NCBI GenBank assembly: GCA_015063625.1 | Contig: SVTT01000004.1 | Span: forward strand, 2,223 to 66,222 | Direction: 5' to 3' | Origin: Oscillospiraceae bacterium | GTDB lineage: Bacteria; Bacillota; Clostridia; Oscillospirales; CAG-272 | Length of the DNA: 64,000 nucleotides | Part shown: piece after piece, positions 28,771 through 38,158 of the stretch | How the letters are laid out: each line of letters opens with the position of its first letter | Position numbering within the stretch: position 1 is the first letter of the stretch | The notes under the pieces: model-generated | Told to the model about the DNA's origin: nothing | What the model saw: the letters and a program-made list of their open reading frames with translations, nothing else | Database searches by the model: none | Made by a program: the position numbers and the translations under genes

Positions 28771-29562
28771 ATGATGAAGGAGTTTTTTGGTTGGGGCGGA
28801 TACAGCCGAGATGCAGAGGGCTTTTTGTCGTGGCAGCATCTTCTTTTCGTTACCGGTCTGATGGCGGTCATGGTGGCGCTTGCCGTGCTTGTGGGGCGAC
28901 GGAGCCGAACGAAGGATGACCGACAAAAGAACCGTGTGCTGATGGTCGCGGCGATCCTGATCGATTCGATCGAGCTGTTCAAGATCGTGTTTCTCTGCCT
29001 GAGGTCGCAGGATGCGATGACGTGGCTCTACGAGCTGCCGCTGTTTTTGTGCAGCATCCAGCTGATCGCCATTCCGATCGCGGCGTTCTCGAAGGGAAGG
29101 ATCAAGCAGGCTGCGTTGGATTTCGTTTTGATCTTCGGTATCCTGGGTGCAATTTTGGGGACCTACGGAGCAGGGAATAATTACGGATCGTATCCCGTGC
29201 TCTGCTTTGATAACGTTGTGTCGGGAATGACCCACTCGATTTCTGGCTTTTGCTCACTGTACATCGCTGTTTCCGGTATGGTGAGCATGAAAAAGAAGAA
29301 CATTCCCGTCACGTTTGCGATCCTGCTTGCCTTCTGCGCCTCTGCGACCGTTGCGAATCTGCTGCTTGATTACAATTACATGTTCCTGGTACGCGGAGAC
29401 GGAACGCCCTATGACATTCTTTATGGGCTGGTAGGCGGACATCCCGTTCTCTATCCCATCGGTGTGATCCTGCTGTTCGTCTTTTACATTTTGACCTTCT
29501 ACGGTGTGTGTTTTTTGATACGAGCCGAACGCGCAAGGCGGTCGGCGGATATTGAGGCTTGA
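28771..29562 (+). CDS. integral membrane protein (possibly YwaF/TIGR02206-type)
   Basis: 7-8 predicted TM helices; ATGATG start downstream of a TATAAT box. Confidence 0.5.
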   Translation: MMKEFFGWGGYSRDAEGFLSWQHLLFVTGLMAVMVALAVLVGRRSRTKDDRQKNRVLMVAAILIDSIELFKIVFLCLRSQDAMTWLYELPLFLCSIQLIAIPIAAFSKGRIKQAALDFVLIFGILGAILGTYGAGNNYGSYPVLCFDNVVSGMTHSISGFCSLYIAVSGMVSMKKKNIPVTFAILLAFCASATVANLLLDYNYMFLVRGDGTPYDILYGLVGGHPVLYPIGVILLFVFYILTFYGVCFLIRAERARRSADIEA

Positions 29563-29729
29563 TGCTGCAAATGCAGGCACGGGAGCTGCGCCCCACAAGG
29601 GCGCGGCTCCTGTGTCCTTTGTCAAGCTCCTTGCTTGTGATAGCCCTTGTCGTGCTGTGAGCGTGCCTTGCGAGGCGCTTACATGTGTTATGAGCAGTTC
29701 GGGCGATCTGATAAAAATTTCAGAATGAG

Positions 29730-29758
29730 TTGACAACGGGGTCGAACGGGGGTATAAT
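29730..29758 (+). promoter_or_regulatory. consensus sigma-A promoter (TTGACA-N17-TATAAT) for the MATE transporter gene
   Basis: read directly from the sequence. Confidence 0.55.
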
Positions 29759-29836
29759 GCAGGCAAGAATGACTGCTCTGCTGAGAAAAAATTTCGTTTT
29801 TTCGAGGGGCAGGATAGAGAAAGGGTGGATAATGGT

Positions 29837-31210
29837 ATGAGAATTGGCAGGAAAGCCGATCTTGACATGACCGAAGGACCTTTTTTGAAGAAGATTCTCA
29901 TCTTCATCATTCCCGTCTGCCTGACGCATGTTCTGCAAAACCTGTATCATGCAGCAGACCTCGCCGTGATCGGACGCTTTCGCGGGGATGCCGCGCTCGC
30001 CGCGATCGGTAGCGTGGCATCCCTCAACGCCATGATCATCTCACTCTTTATGGGACTTTCCTCTGGTGCGGGCATTGTGGTGGCACAGGCGATCGGTGCC
30101 AGACGTGGGGAGCGTGTCAGTCGCGTTCTGCACACTGCGGTCCTGATGGCAGCCCTCCTTGGCGTCATGGTGGGTGGCACCTGCTTTGCGGTTGCCCCCG
30201 CGTTTTTGCGATGGATCGAGGTGCCGGCAAATATCTTTGACCAAGCGCTTCTTTACATACGCATCATTTTTTGCGGTTTTCCCGTTTCCATGGTCTATAA
30301 TTACGCTGCTTCCATGGTGCGCGCTACGGGTGATTCCACGCATCCGCTGATGTTTTTGACCATTTCGGGTGTGACCAACGTGCTTTTCAATCTTTTGATG
30401 GTTCTGTCGTTCGGTATGGGAGTAGAGGGCGTTGCCATCGCAACAGTGGTATCCCAGGCACTGTCGGCGACCCTGATGATCGCCTTTCTTGTGCGGCAAA
30501 AGGGGGATATGCATTTGTCCCTTCGCAGGCTTGCGCTTGACGGGGCGGCTGCCAAGGATATCCTTTATATCGGTGTGCCGCTTGGGATTCAAAATACCCT
30601 CTTCAACTTTGCCAACGTGCTGGTGCAGTCTGCCGTCAACCGCTTCGGTGACGTTGCCATTGCGGCAAAAACGGCAGCGGGCAATCTTGAGAACTTCGTC
30701 TACGTGGCGATCGGCTCGGTCAATCAGGGTGCGATCACCTTTGTGGGGCAGAACGTCGGTGCCGGCAAGAAGGAGAATATCAAGCGCATCACGTTCAGCT
30801 GCCTTACGCTCGGTCTTGTGATCGCCTCGGTCGGCGCGCTGGCGCTTCTCCTCTTCCGATCCTTCTTCGTAGGGCTCTACGTGGATAACCCCGCGGTTGC
30901 CGAGATCGCCTATCGCAAGCTTTTTCTGACTATGCCACTGTATCCTCTGGTTGCCGTGATGGAGATCCTGAACAGTGAGCTTCGCAGCATGGGTAAATCG
31001 ATCACTGCCATGTGTATTTCGTTGTTTGCGGCCTGTGCCGTTCGCATCTTCTGGGTCGAGGTGATGGTGAGCCTCTATCCCAGCATCGATATGGTGTTCC
31101 TTGCCCATCCCGCCTCTTTCATCGTCGGCTTTGTCGCCAACGTGAGTATTTTTATTCTGACCTTCCGCCGCTTCTGCGGCAAAAAAAGTGAGGTCGCCGA
31201 GCCGGGATGA
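29837..31210 (+). CDS. MATE-family multidrug/oligosaccharidyl-lipid efflux transporter
   Basis: 12-TM MATE architecture with conserved glycine- and aromatic-rich helices; alternative in-frame starts at 29825 (GTG) and 29867. Confidence 0.85.
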   Translation: MRIGRKADLDMTEGPFLKKILIFIIPVCLTHVLQNLYHAADLAVIGRFRGDAALAAIGSVASLNAMIISLFMGLSSGAGIVVAQAIGARRGERVSRVLHTAVLMAALLGVMVGGTCFAVAPAFLRWIEVPANIFDQALLYIRIIFCGFPVSMVYNYAASMVRATGDSTHPLMFLTISGVTNVLFNLLMVLSFGMGVEGVAIATVVSQALSATLMIAFLVRQKGDMHLSLRRLALDGAAAKDILYIGVPLGIQNTLFNFANVLVQSAVNRFGDVAIAAKTAAGNLENFVYVAIGSVNQGAITFVGQNVGAGKKENIKRITFSCLTLGLVIASVGALALLLFRSFFVGLYVDNPAVAEIAYRKLFLTMPLYPLVAVMEILNSELRSMGKSITAMCISLFAACAVRIFWVEVMVSLYPSIDMVFLAHPASFIVGFVANVSIFILTFRRFCGKKSEVAEPG

Positions 31211-31225
31211 CCGTGAAAAGGCACC

Positions 31226-31267
31226 GCAGCCGCCCCCCTTCGGACAGGGGGGCGGCTGCTTTTTTGC
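31226..31267 (+). terminator. rho-independent terminator after the MATE gene
   Basis: GCAGCCGCCCCCC-TTCGGACA-GGGGGGCGGCTGC then TTTTTTG. Confidence 0.75.
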
Positions 31268-31350
31268 GGTTAGGGGTAAGGGGGCATCCCAGCCGCCCGC
31301 AAGCCACCTGTTTTCGGCGCCCTCGACGACCCGTTTTCGGCGCCTGGTCC
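31268..31350. repeat. single copy of the GC-rich dispersed repeat family (GGCGCC-YTCGACGACCCGT core) at the left edge of the accessory locus
   Basis: GGCGCCCTCGACGACCCGTTTTCGGCGCC closely matches the 70-bp repeat units at 61.07-61.32 kb and 63.89-64.0 kb. Confidence 0.6.
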
Positions 31351-31468
31351 GTGAGCATCGTTCGTTTGTAACGTGCTGTCGTGGGCGTCGTTTGTCCCAT
31401 CCGTTCCGCATCAGAGGATGCGCACGCGCATACGATAAAATATTATTATATAAATGTATTACAATTTA

Positions 31469-31497
31469 TTGACATCTGTCACGGGAAGTGCTATAAT
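31469..31497 (+). promoter_or_regulatory. perfect consensus sigma-A promoter (TTGACA-N17-TATAAT) at the head of the accessory operon
   Basis: TTGACA 31469-31474, TATAAT 31492-31497, 17-nt spacer; no terminator seen until at least 54.5 kb. Confidence 0.65.
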
Positions 31498-31579
31498 GAA
31501 AAACGGTATATTTTTCATGAACGGTGATGCGGGAAGAGCACGCGTCACCCCCACAAAAAACATTTTGAAGGAGAAAATT

Positions 31580-32506
31580 ATGAGCAATACCATCGAGATC
31601 AAAAAAAGAAATTCCGAGGAGGTCGCCTGCTGGAAGGTCGAGGTGGATGCCGTGACCCCCAACACCGTGATCGCGGCGGAAACCGGCGTGACCGCTGTGC
31701 TGAAGATCAACGGTCAGATGAGATTGGTGCTGGGCACGACGGCCGTGGTCAACAGCCTGATGAATCCCGGAAAGGGCGCCAAGCTGCTGGGCGGCAATAA
31801 GCCCTACGATAAGGTTGAGATCTACGCGATCGACCAGACCAGTGACTTTTTTGCCGAGTGGGGACTTGCGGGCAATATGGCGATCCCCGCATACGATAAG
31901 GAGAACGACGTGCATTGCAACGTGGTCGCCTTTGGTGAGTACTATTACAGGATCGAGAACTTCCTCAACTTCATCAGCTCCTTTTCCTTTAACAGCGCGG
32001 GCGAGATCACGCGCGATGACGTGCGCGAGCTGCTCCGTGCCGAAACGGCGGGCGTCGTCAAGTCCTTCTTTACCTCCAAGCTCAATCAGTTCGGTCTGCG
32101 CGCCTGCCAGTCAAGACTGGGCGAGTATGCCGAGGACATCAAGGAGGCGATCAATGCCAAGCTGGAGAAGAAGGGCCTGACGGTCTACAACTTCGTGGTA
32201 CTTAAGCTTTCCTACGATCCCAAGCACGAGGCGGCAATCAAGGCGCTTGACGACCTCAAGCTCGGTGTCAAGGGCAAGAAGATCGTCAACGTCGGCAACC
32301 GTGACGACATCGACGTTGCCAAGGCTGCGGCGGATATCGATCTTGCCTTCATCAAGGCGAAGGGCGAGGCGAACAGAGCACAGGTCGGCGCTCCCGAAAA
32401 GCCTCGGGAGATCACTGCGTCAAGCGTGGTCTGCCCCCGCTGCAAGGAGAGAAATCCCGAGGGCACCAACTATTGCAGCAGATGCGGCGAAAAGCTTTCC
32501 AAATAA
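31580..32506 (+). CDS. SPFH/band-7-like protein with C-terminal zinc ribbon (COG4260 / YdjI-like)
   Basis: about 300 aa, stomatin/prohibitin-like core and terminal CPRC...CSRCG zinc ribbon; GAAGGAG RBS; B. subtilis YdjI of this family partners with PspA. Confidence 0.65.
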   Translation: MSNTIEIKKRNSEEVACWKVEVDAVTPNTVIAAETGVTAVLKINGQMRLVLGTTAVVNSLMNPGKGAKLLGGNKPYDKVEIYAIDQTSDFFAEWGLAGNMAIPAYDKENDVHCNVVAFGEYYYRIENFLNFISSFSFNSAGEITRDDVRELLRAETAGVVKSFFTSKLNQFGLRACQSRLGEYAEDIKEAINAKLEKKGLTVYNFVVLKLSYDPKHEAAIKALDDLKLGVKGKKIVNVGNRDDIDVAKAAADIDLAFIKAKGEANRAQVGAPEKPREITASSVVCPRCKERNPEGTNYCSRCGEKLSK

Positions 32507-32532
32507 ACATGACGACAAGGAGAAATTGAAAA

Positions 32533-33441
32533 ATGGGATTGTTCGGATATAACGCGAAAGACTATGCGAAGAACACCGAGATCATGAAGCAGAAGATCCA
32601 GGATCTTTGGCAGCGTGCCATGCAGTACCCCGGTGTGGGTACTGCGCTGAACACGGCGATGATCAAGATGCAGGAGTTCCCCAAGGGCGCTGACGGCAAG
32701 CAGCTGGAGCAGATCGATGCACGTATCTTCAAGCTCATCGATCAGATGATGACCGACGTGCAGCAGGAGAGCGCAGGTAAGCTTTCGGCGCATGCCAATA
32801 TGCTGATGGCTGCCGTCACCAAGTCGAGAAACTACGGCAAGGAGGCGTATCCGCCCGAGCAGCTGAAGGCACAGGAGATGATGGCGGAGTGCAATGCCAA
32901 CATCGAGGAGAACCTTACACAAAAGGAGAAGATCGCCAAGGAGATGGAGGCGATCATCAATCGTGCCAAGAAGATCCAGGCAGAGAACCCCAATTCCGCC
33001 GAGCTTCAGCGCCTGCAGCTCAAGTACGCACAGTTCAACAAGGAAAAGGATCGTATCGAGCAGAATCTTCAGCTCTGGGTCAAGCAGTACAACAACACCG
33101 TCAGACAGCTCAAGGTCATGGAGGACGGCTCGGTCTATGACGAGATCAGCGCCACCAATCTGCAGACTCCCGCGCAGTTCGCGCACATGGTCGAGCAGGT
33201 CAGCGTGAAGCTTAACAAGATCGTTGAGGACCAGACTGCCATCGACGACATTGCCAGCGGCTACGAGGAGGAGAAGAGCGCAGGCGTGCGTAGCACCGCC
33301 AGCGCCGATGACGGCGGCTTCTGGGCAGCCATGAACAATAGCAGCGACGTGAGCTCGGATATCTTCGGCTCCACCGCGACCGCCAAGGACAGCGGGGAAA
33401 CGGGCGGCGATCAGTCTTCCTCCAACCCGTTCGGTTGGTAA
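32533..33441 (+). CDS. coiled-coil protein, divergent PspA/ESCRT-III (Snf7)-like candidate
   Basis: begins MGLFGY like the two paralogs downstream; all-helical heptad-rich sequence with an acidic Ser/Asp-rich tail. Confidence 0.4.
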   Translation: MGLFGYNAKDYAKNTEIMKQKIQDLWQRAMQYPGVGTALNTAMIKMQEFPKGADGKQLEQIDARIFKLIDQMMTDVQQESAGKLSAHANMLMAAVTKSRNYGKEAYPPEQLKAQEMMAECNANIEENLTQKEKIAKEMEAIINRAKKIQAENPNSAELQRLQLKYAQFNKEKDRIEQNLQLWVKQYNNTVRQLKVMEDGSVYDEISATNLQTPAQFAHMVEQVSVKLNKIVEDQTAIDDIASGYEEEKSAGVRSTASADDGGFWAAMNNSSDVSSDIFGSTATAKDSGETGGDQSSSNPFGW

Positions 33442-33471
33442 TCAAAAGATCGAGAAAAAGGGGAAAAGAAA

Positions 33472-34119
33472 ATGGCGTTGTTTGAGAGTAAAGAGAAAAA
33501 GCTGAAGAAGCAGCAGGAGGCAGAGGCTGCCAAGAGCGAGGCGGAATTTCAGGCGAAATTTGCGGCAAAGCAGGAGAAGAAGAAGGTTGAGAAGACCATT
33601 GCCGAGGTGGATAAGTCCTTGCAGATCCTGATGACCAAGGCGGCAGAGTCCAAGGCAAAGGGCTATCTTGACGTGTACCGCCAGTGCGTCGGTATGATCA
33701 AGATCGCCAAGGGCAGAAAGATGCAGGCGGAGAAGTTTCTGTTCCAGATGGAGGCAATGCAGGAGATCCAGAACATCTCCAAGAACTCCATGGAGCTTCT
33801 CGGCTCGATGAATACCATCATGAACTCGCTCGGTAAGCTGTCGCTTGATCCCGCGGTCCTGCGCACCACCCAGGCGAACTTCATGAAGGCGCAGGGAGAG
33901 CTGGATAAGCAGTCGAGTACGATCGACAGCTTTGTGGAGGGCATGACCATGAATATGCCCGATGATTCCGAGCTCGGTGCCAACTTCTCGGATTCGGATA
34001 TCGAGGCGGACATCGATTCGATGATGGTCGGTAATCAGATCAACAGTGCAACCGTTTCTCCCTCGGGCAGGAGCGAGAGCGACGAGCTTGCCGAGCTGAG
34101 AAAAATGGTTGGCATGTGA
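33472..34119 (+). CDS. PspA/IM30 / ESCRT-III (Snf7)-superfamily protein with C-terminal MIM1-like motif
   Basis: MALFESK N-terminus, basic helix 1-2 then acidic C-terminal half; the segment EIQNISKNSMELLGSMNTIMNSLGKL parallels the CHMP alpha3-alpha4 region; terminal ESDELAELRKMVGM resembles a MIM1 and the B. subtilis PspA C-terminus (DDELAALKAKM). Confidence 0.55.
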   Translation: MALFESKEKKLKKQQEAEAAKSEAEFQAKFAAKQEKKKVEKTIAEVDKSLQILMTKAAESKAKGYLDVYRQCVGMIKIAKGRKMQAEKFLFQMEAMQEIQNISKNSMELLGSMNTIMNSLGKLSLDPAVLRTTQANFMKAQGELDKQSSTIDSFVEGMTMNMPDDSELGANFSDSDIEADIDSMMVGNQINSATVSPSGRSESDELAELRKMVGM

Positions 34120-34135
34120 TCGGTGGGGTGACGGA

Positions 34136-35284
34136 ATGGAAAACAATATGATCCTCGCCCAGCACTATCAGACGCATTTTGATACGGCGAGAGCCTATAT
34201 CAAGCAAAACAACCTTTATGATGCGCAGGTGCACTTCAAGAAGGCGCTGGAGTATGCCATCAAGCTGGCGGATTCCACCTACGGTGCAGAGCGCACCAAC
34301 TATTTCACCAAGGCGAAGAGCATTGGCGACTTTATCAAGCAGATCGAGCAAAAGATCGCCGAGGCAGAGGCGGCGGCGAAGAATAAGCCCGCAGGCGGAG
34401 CCGCCGCCGTGACCAAGAAGGCGGCAGCAGCGAAGAAGGAGGACGGCAAGGAGGGCGAGCAGCGCCCCAAGCCCACGGTCGAGGAGGCGCTCGGCAAGCT
34501 CAATGAGCTGACCGGCCTTTCGGGCGTGAAAAAGGAGGTCAGCGATCTCGTTGCCGAGCTGAAGGCACAGCTCATCCGCGAGGAGCGCGGCATGGGAAGC
34601 GGAGATGCCCCCCCTCGCCATCTTGTCTTTAAGGGTAACCCCGGTACGGGTAAGACCACCGTGGCAAGAATCATGGCGGATATCTACTGTGCACTGGGCG
34701 TGCTTGAGGGCGGACAGCTGGTCGAGGTGCAGAGAAACGACCTGGTTGCCGGCTATGTCGGTCAGACTGCCATCAAGACCAAGGAGGTCATTGAGAAGGC
34801 AATGGGCGGCGTGCTCTTCATCGACGAGGCATATACGCTTGCCAAGGGTGGCAACGACTTCGGTCAGGAGGCGATCGATACGCTTCTCAAGGAGATGGAG
34901 GACCATCGCAAGGATCTGATCGTCATCGTTGCGGGCTACGACGAGCCCATTGAGAAATTTATCGGTTCGAACGCGGGTCTGCAATCGCGCTTCCCGACCT
35001 CGATCCAGTTCACCGACTATAACGGCGAGGAGATGTACGCCATTTTTGAGCGCATGAGCAAGAAGGCGAATTACACCTACGGGGATCAGGTCAAGGAGAT
35101 GCTCAAAAAGCATTTCGTGCAGCTGTACGAAAATCGCGGCGAGAACTTCGGTAACGCGCGTGACGTGCGCAACTTCTTTGACAAGGTCAAGCGCCGTCAG
35201 AACGTGCGTATCTCGAAGATCGAGGGCTACATCTCGAATGAAACTCTGGCAGAGATCCTGCCCGAGGACCTGAATCTTTCCTAA
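34136..35284 (+). CDS. AAA+ ATPase of the SpoVK/CbbX type with an N-terminal MIT-like three-helix domain
   Basis: N-terminus LYDAQVHFKKALEYAIKLADSTYGAERTNYFTKAKSIGDFIKQIEQKI fits the MIT helical pattern; Walker A GNPGTGKTTVARI, Walker B LFIDEAYTL, SpoVK-family VAGYVGQTAIKTKEVI. Confidence 0.65.
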   Translation: MENNMILAQHYQTHFDTARAYIKQNNLYDAQVHFKKALEYAIKLADSTYGAERTNYFTKAKSIGDFIKQIEQKIAEAEAAAKNKPAGGAAAVTKKAAAAKKEDGKEGEQRPKPTVEEALGKLNELTGLSGVKKEVSDLVAELKAQLIREERGMGSGDAPPRHLVFKGNPGTGKTTVARIMADIYCALGVLEGGQLVEVQRNDLVAGYVGQTAIKTKEVIEKAMGGVLFIDEAYTLAKGGNDFGQEAIDTLLKEMEDHRKDLIVIVAGYDEPIEKFIGSNAGLQSRFPTSIQFTDYNGEEMYAIFERMSKKANYTYGDQVKEMLKKHFVQLYENRGENFGNARDVRNFFDKVKRRQNVRISKIEGYISNETLAEILPEDLNLS

Positions 35285-35328
35285 AGCGTCCACTGACATA
35301 ACATCAATTTTACAAGGAGAAAACGATC

Positions 35329-35916
35329 ATGGGTTTGTTTAAATCGAAAGCACAAAAAGAGCAAGAAAGAAAAATGCTGGTCAAGCAGTCGATGAAGGAG
35401 CTGGAGAAGCGCATCGTCAAGCTGAAGGCACAGGAGAGCAAGTATGTAGAGGCCGCAAAGATTGCTATGCGCGAGGAGCTGCCCGATCAGATCAAGCTTG
35501 CCGAGGAGGCACTGCGCATGACCATCAGCGAGAGAAAGCGCACCTACAAGATGCTGCTGAACGCACAGATCATCTCGCAGATGAAGGATATGACCTCTAT
35601 GACCAATGAGTTCCTGAAGGCGATCCACGTGATCAGTAAGGACATTGCCAACGGCACGACCGCCGATATGAGCAAGCTGACGGGCGAGCTGCGTATTGCC
35701 ATGGACAGAGTGGCAGAGCAGACCGAGCAGCTCGGCGATATGCTGGAGGATTCTCAGGAGAGCGTCAGCGACTTCTCCACCGATTCCTCGCTTGTCAGCG
35801 ACGACGAGGTGAAGAGCATGATCTACGGCACCTCCACCGCAGGCGCCCCCGCCACTGCCCCCACCTCCGACAAGTCGATCGACGATCAGCTGAAGGAACT
35901 CGAGAAAATGTTATAA
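35329..35916 (+). CDS. PspA / ESCRT-III (Snf7)-like protein with C-terminal MIM1-like motif
   Basis: MGLFKSKAQKEQERK N-terminus, helical hairpin, acidic tail ending SIDDQLKELEKML (compare Vps2 DDLQARLNTLKK). Confidence 0.5.
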   Translation: MGLFKSKAQKEQERKMLVKQSMKELEKRIVKLKAQESKYVEAAKIAMREELPDQIKLAEEALRMTISERKRTYKMLLNAQIISQMKDMTSMTNEFLKAIHVISKDIANGTTADMSKLTGELRIAMDRVAEQTEQLGDMLEDSQESVSDFSTDSSLVSDDEVKSMIYGTSTAGAPATAPTSDKSIDDQLKELEKML

Positions 35917-35956
35917 TCATACCTATTAATTATAGTAGGTCAATTCGGGAGACACG

Positions 35957-38146
35957 ATGAACGAAATGGAAATGATGCTGACCACCTTTGTGAGTCAGGC
36001 TAAAGACGCAATCAAAAACGAGCAATACGACGTGGCATCGGAGCGCCTTGTCAATGCGCAGAAGTGCGCCCTGCTGCTGGCGAAAAAATTTGAGGGAAGT
36101 GCACGCGAAAAGTATCTTGCCTCGGCAAAGAGCCTGAAGGCGCTTTACGAGCAGGTGCTGGCAAAGAGCGCAAGCGTAAAGAATACGCCCACCGCGCCCA
36201 CCGCGCCCACTGCCGCCCCCTCCGCCCCCGTCACGGGGGGGGCACCCCAAAAGGACAGTGCGGGGAGCAGTGCGCCTGCACGGGCATCGGGTAATGAGGG
36301 CGGCGCGTACGTCCCTCCAAAGCGGAACGATGCACTCAGCCCGCTGTACCTTTCCGACTATATCGGTCAGCCGGGTGCGGTCATGGCAGTGCGCGATCTG
36401 ATCACCGCGGCACGCCTGAAGAATGCGGCAATGCCTCACCTGATCGTATACGGTTCGCACGGTCTTGGAAAGACCACCTTCGCCAAGATCATTGCCAACG
36501 AGATGCGCGCCAAGTTCACCGAGATCAACGTCTCCAAGATCAATCCGGCGGAAATGATCGCCATTCTGAAAAAATTGCAGCCCAAGGAGATCCTGTTTAT
36601 CGACGAGATCCATACCCTGCCGCTTTTGGTGGCGGAATCTATTCTTTATTCCGCCATGCAGGATGGGCGCATTACCTATACGGTGGGTAAGGGACAATTT
36701 GCCAAGACCGAAACGCTGGAGCTGCCGCCCTTCACACTGATCGGCGCGACCACCGAGATCGGTAAGCTGGCAAAGCCCTTTACCCAGCGTGCCATTCAGG
36801 TAAGACTGGAGGAATATACCGACGAGGTGCTTTCGGGCATCATCTCGGGCTCCTTCTACAAGCTTGGCGTGAAGATCACTCCCGAGCGGGCATTGGTGAT
36901 CGCCAAGCGCTGTCGCAACAACCCCAGAGTTGCGAACAGCATGGTCAAGCGCATCTCGGATAAGGCACTGGTGCGCTATGCCAAGATCAACAATCTTGAA
37001 ACCTTCGGCGCCTTTGATTCGGTCGATGCCATCCGTAAGCTCGGCATCGAGGTATCGGATCAGGTGATCGCAGAATTCTTTAAGGAAAACGGTATCGACG
37101 AGCACGGACTTGAAAACGGTGACAGAGAGCTGCTGCGCATGATCATTCATCGCTATCACGGCGGTCCTGTCGGCATTGATACGCTCGCGCGTGCCATGAA
37201 CGAGAGCAACAACGTGCTTGCTCAGAAATATGAGGCGTACCTGATCAAAAAGGGTATGCTGCGGGTAGATCGTGACGGTCGTGTCGCCATGGCGGCGGCA
37301 TACGAGGCACTGGGTCTTCCCGTGCCCCCCGAAAAGAGGGGAGAGCAGGCGGGCGAAAAGGAGCCTGCCGCGACCGAGGAAAAGAAATCCAAGTATGACA
37401 AGCGCACCGTGATCGTGTCGCACGTTGCCGAGGAACTGAAGTGCAAGAAGGTGGAGGACCTGATCGTCTATCCTTCGAACGTCAGAACCGTCAGCGAATC
37501 GCTTGACGAGCTCTTCCCCGACGTGGAAAAGCCCTATGAGGCAGAAACACGGCACTTATGTGAGCTTGAGCTTGACTTTGACACGCACAAGCGCATCCTG
37601 ATCTGTGATTCCTTCCTTGAAAGCCGCTTTGCCACGATGATGGCATCGGTTGGCTTCCTGCACGATATCAAGGCGCAGACACTGGAGATCCCCTATATCT
37701 CCCAGGAGCTTGCCAACAGAAGATATTTCCCGGATTTTGTGGTCAAGGACAACAAGGACCGCATTGCGGTCATCGAGATGAAGAACTTCGATATGCTGTC
37801 CTACCATCTCAACATTGACAAATACGAGCATCTCATGCGTTATTGTGAGCAAAAGGGATACGGCTACGCCGAGGTGGCAAAGGAGTACGATGCCGATACC
37901 TACGTATCGGTGGAAATGCTCAAGAGCGCCCCCGTTGACCGTGAGCTGGAGCAGTTCATCATTGAACGGATCGAGAAGAACGGCAATGAAACGGGCGAGG
38001 GCATGTTCCGCGAAAAGGACTTTGCCGATTACGTTGCCGCGCACGGAAAGACCGATCGGAAAAAGCTCTATACCGTGCTGCTCAATAACCGTGCGCTCAA
38101 AAACGTTGACCGTATCGGCAACGATATGAAGATCGTGATGAATTAA
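35957..38146 (+). CDS. three-domain protein: N-terminal MIT-like domain, RuvB-like AAA+ ATPase, C-terminal PD-(D/E)xK nuclease-like domain
   Basis: MIT-like helices (QYDVASERLVNAQKCALLLAKKFEGSAREKYLASAKSLKALYEQVL); RuvB signature (GSHGLGKTTFAKIIANE, LFIDEIHTL, PPFTLIGATT, RNNPRVANSMVKRI); C-terminus has E...PDFVV...IAVIEMK acidic/lysine motif spacing of PD-(D/E)xK nucleases. Confidence 0.6.
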   Translation: MNEMEMMLTTFVSQAKDAIKNEQYDVASERLVNAQKCALLLAKKFEGSAREKYLASAKSLKALYEQVLAKSASVKNTPTAPTAPTAAPSAPVTGGAPQKDSAGSSAPARASGNEGGAYVPPKRNDALSPLYLSDYIGQPGAVMAVRDLITAARLKNAAMPHLIVYGSHGLGKTTFAKIIANEMRAKFTEINVSKINPAEMIAILKKLQPKEILFIDEIHTLPLLVAESILYSAMQDGRITYTVGKGQFAKTETLELPPFTLIGATTEIGKLAKPFTQRAIQVRLEEYTDEVLSGIISGSFYKLGVKITPERALVIAKRCRNNPRVANSMVKRISDKALVRYAKINNLETFGAFDSVDAIRKLGIEVSDQVIAEFFKENGIDEHGLENGDRELLRMIIHRYHGGPVGIDTLARAMNESNNVLAQKYEAYLIKKGMLRVDRDGRVAMAAAYEALGLPVPPEKRGEQAGEKEPAATEEKKSKYDKRTVIVSHVAEELKCKKVEDLIVYPSNVRTVSESLDELFPDVEKPYEAETRHLCELELDFDTHKRILICDSFLESRFATMMASVGFLHDIKAQTLEIPYISQELANRRYFPDFVVKDNKDRIAVIEMKNFDMLSYHLNIDKYEHLMRYCEQKGYGYAEVAKEYDADTYVSVEMLKSAPVDRELEQFIIERIEKNGNETGEGMFREKDFADYVAAHGKTDRKKLYTVLLNNRALKNVDRIGNDMKIVMN

Positions 38147-38158
38147 CGTGGTTATGAC

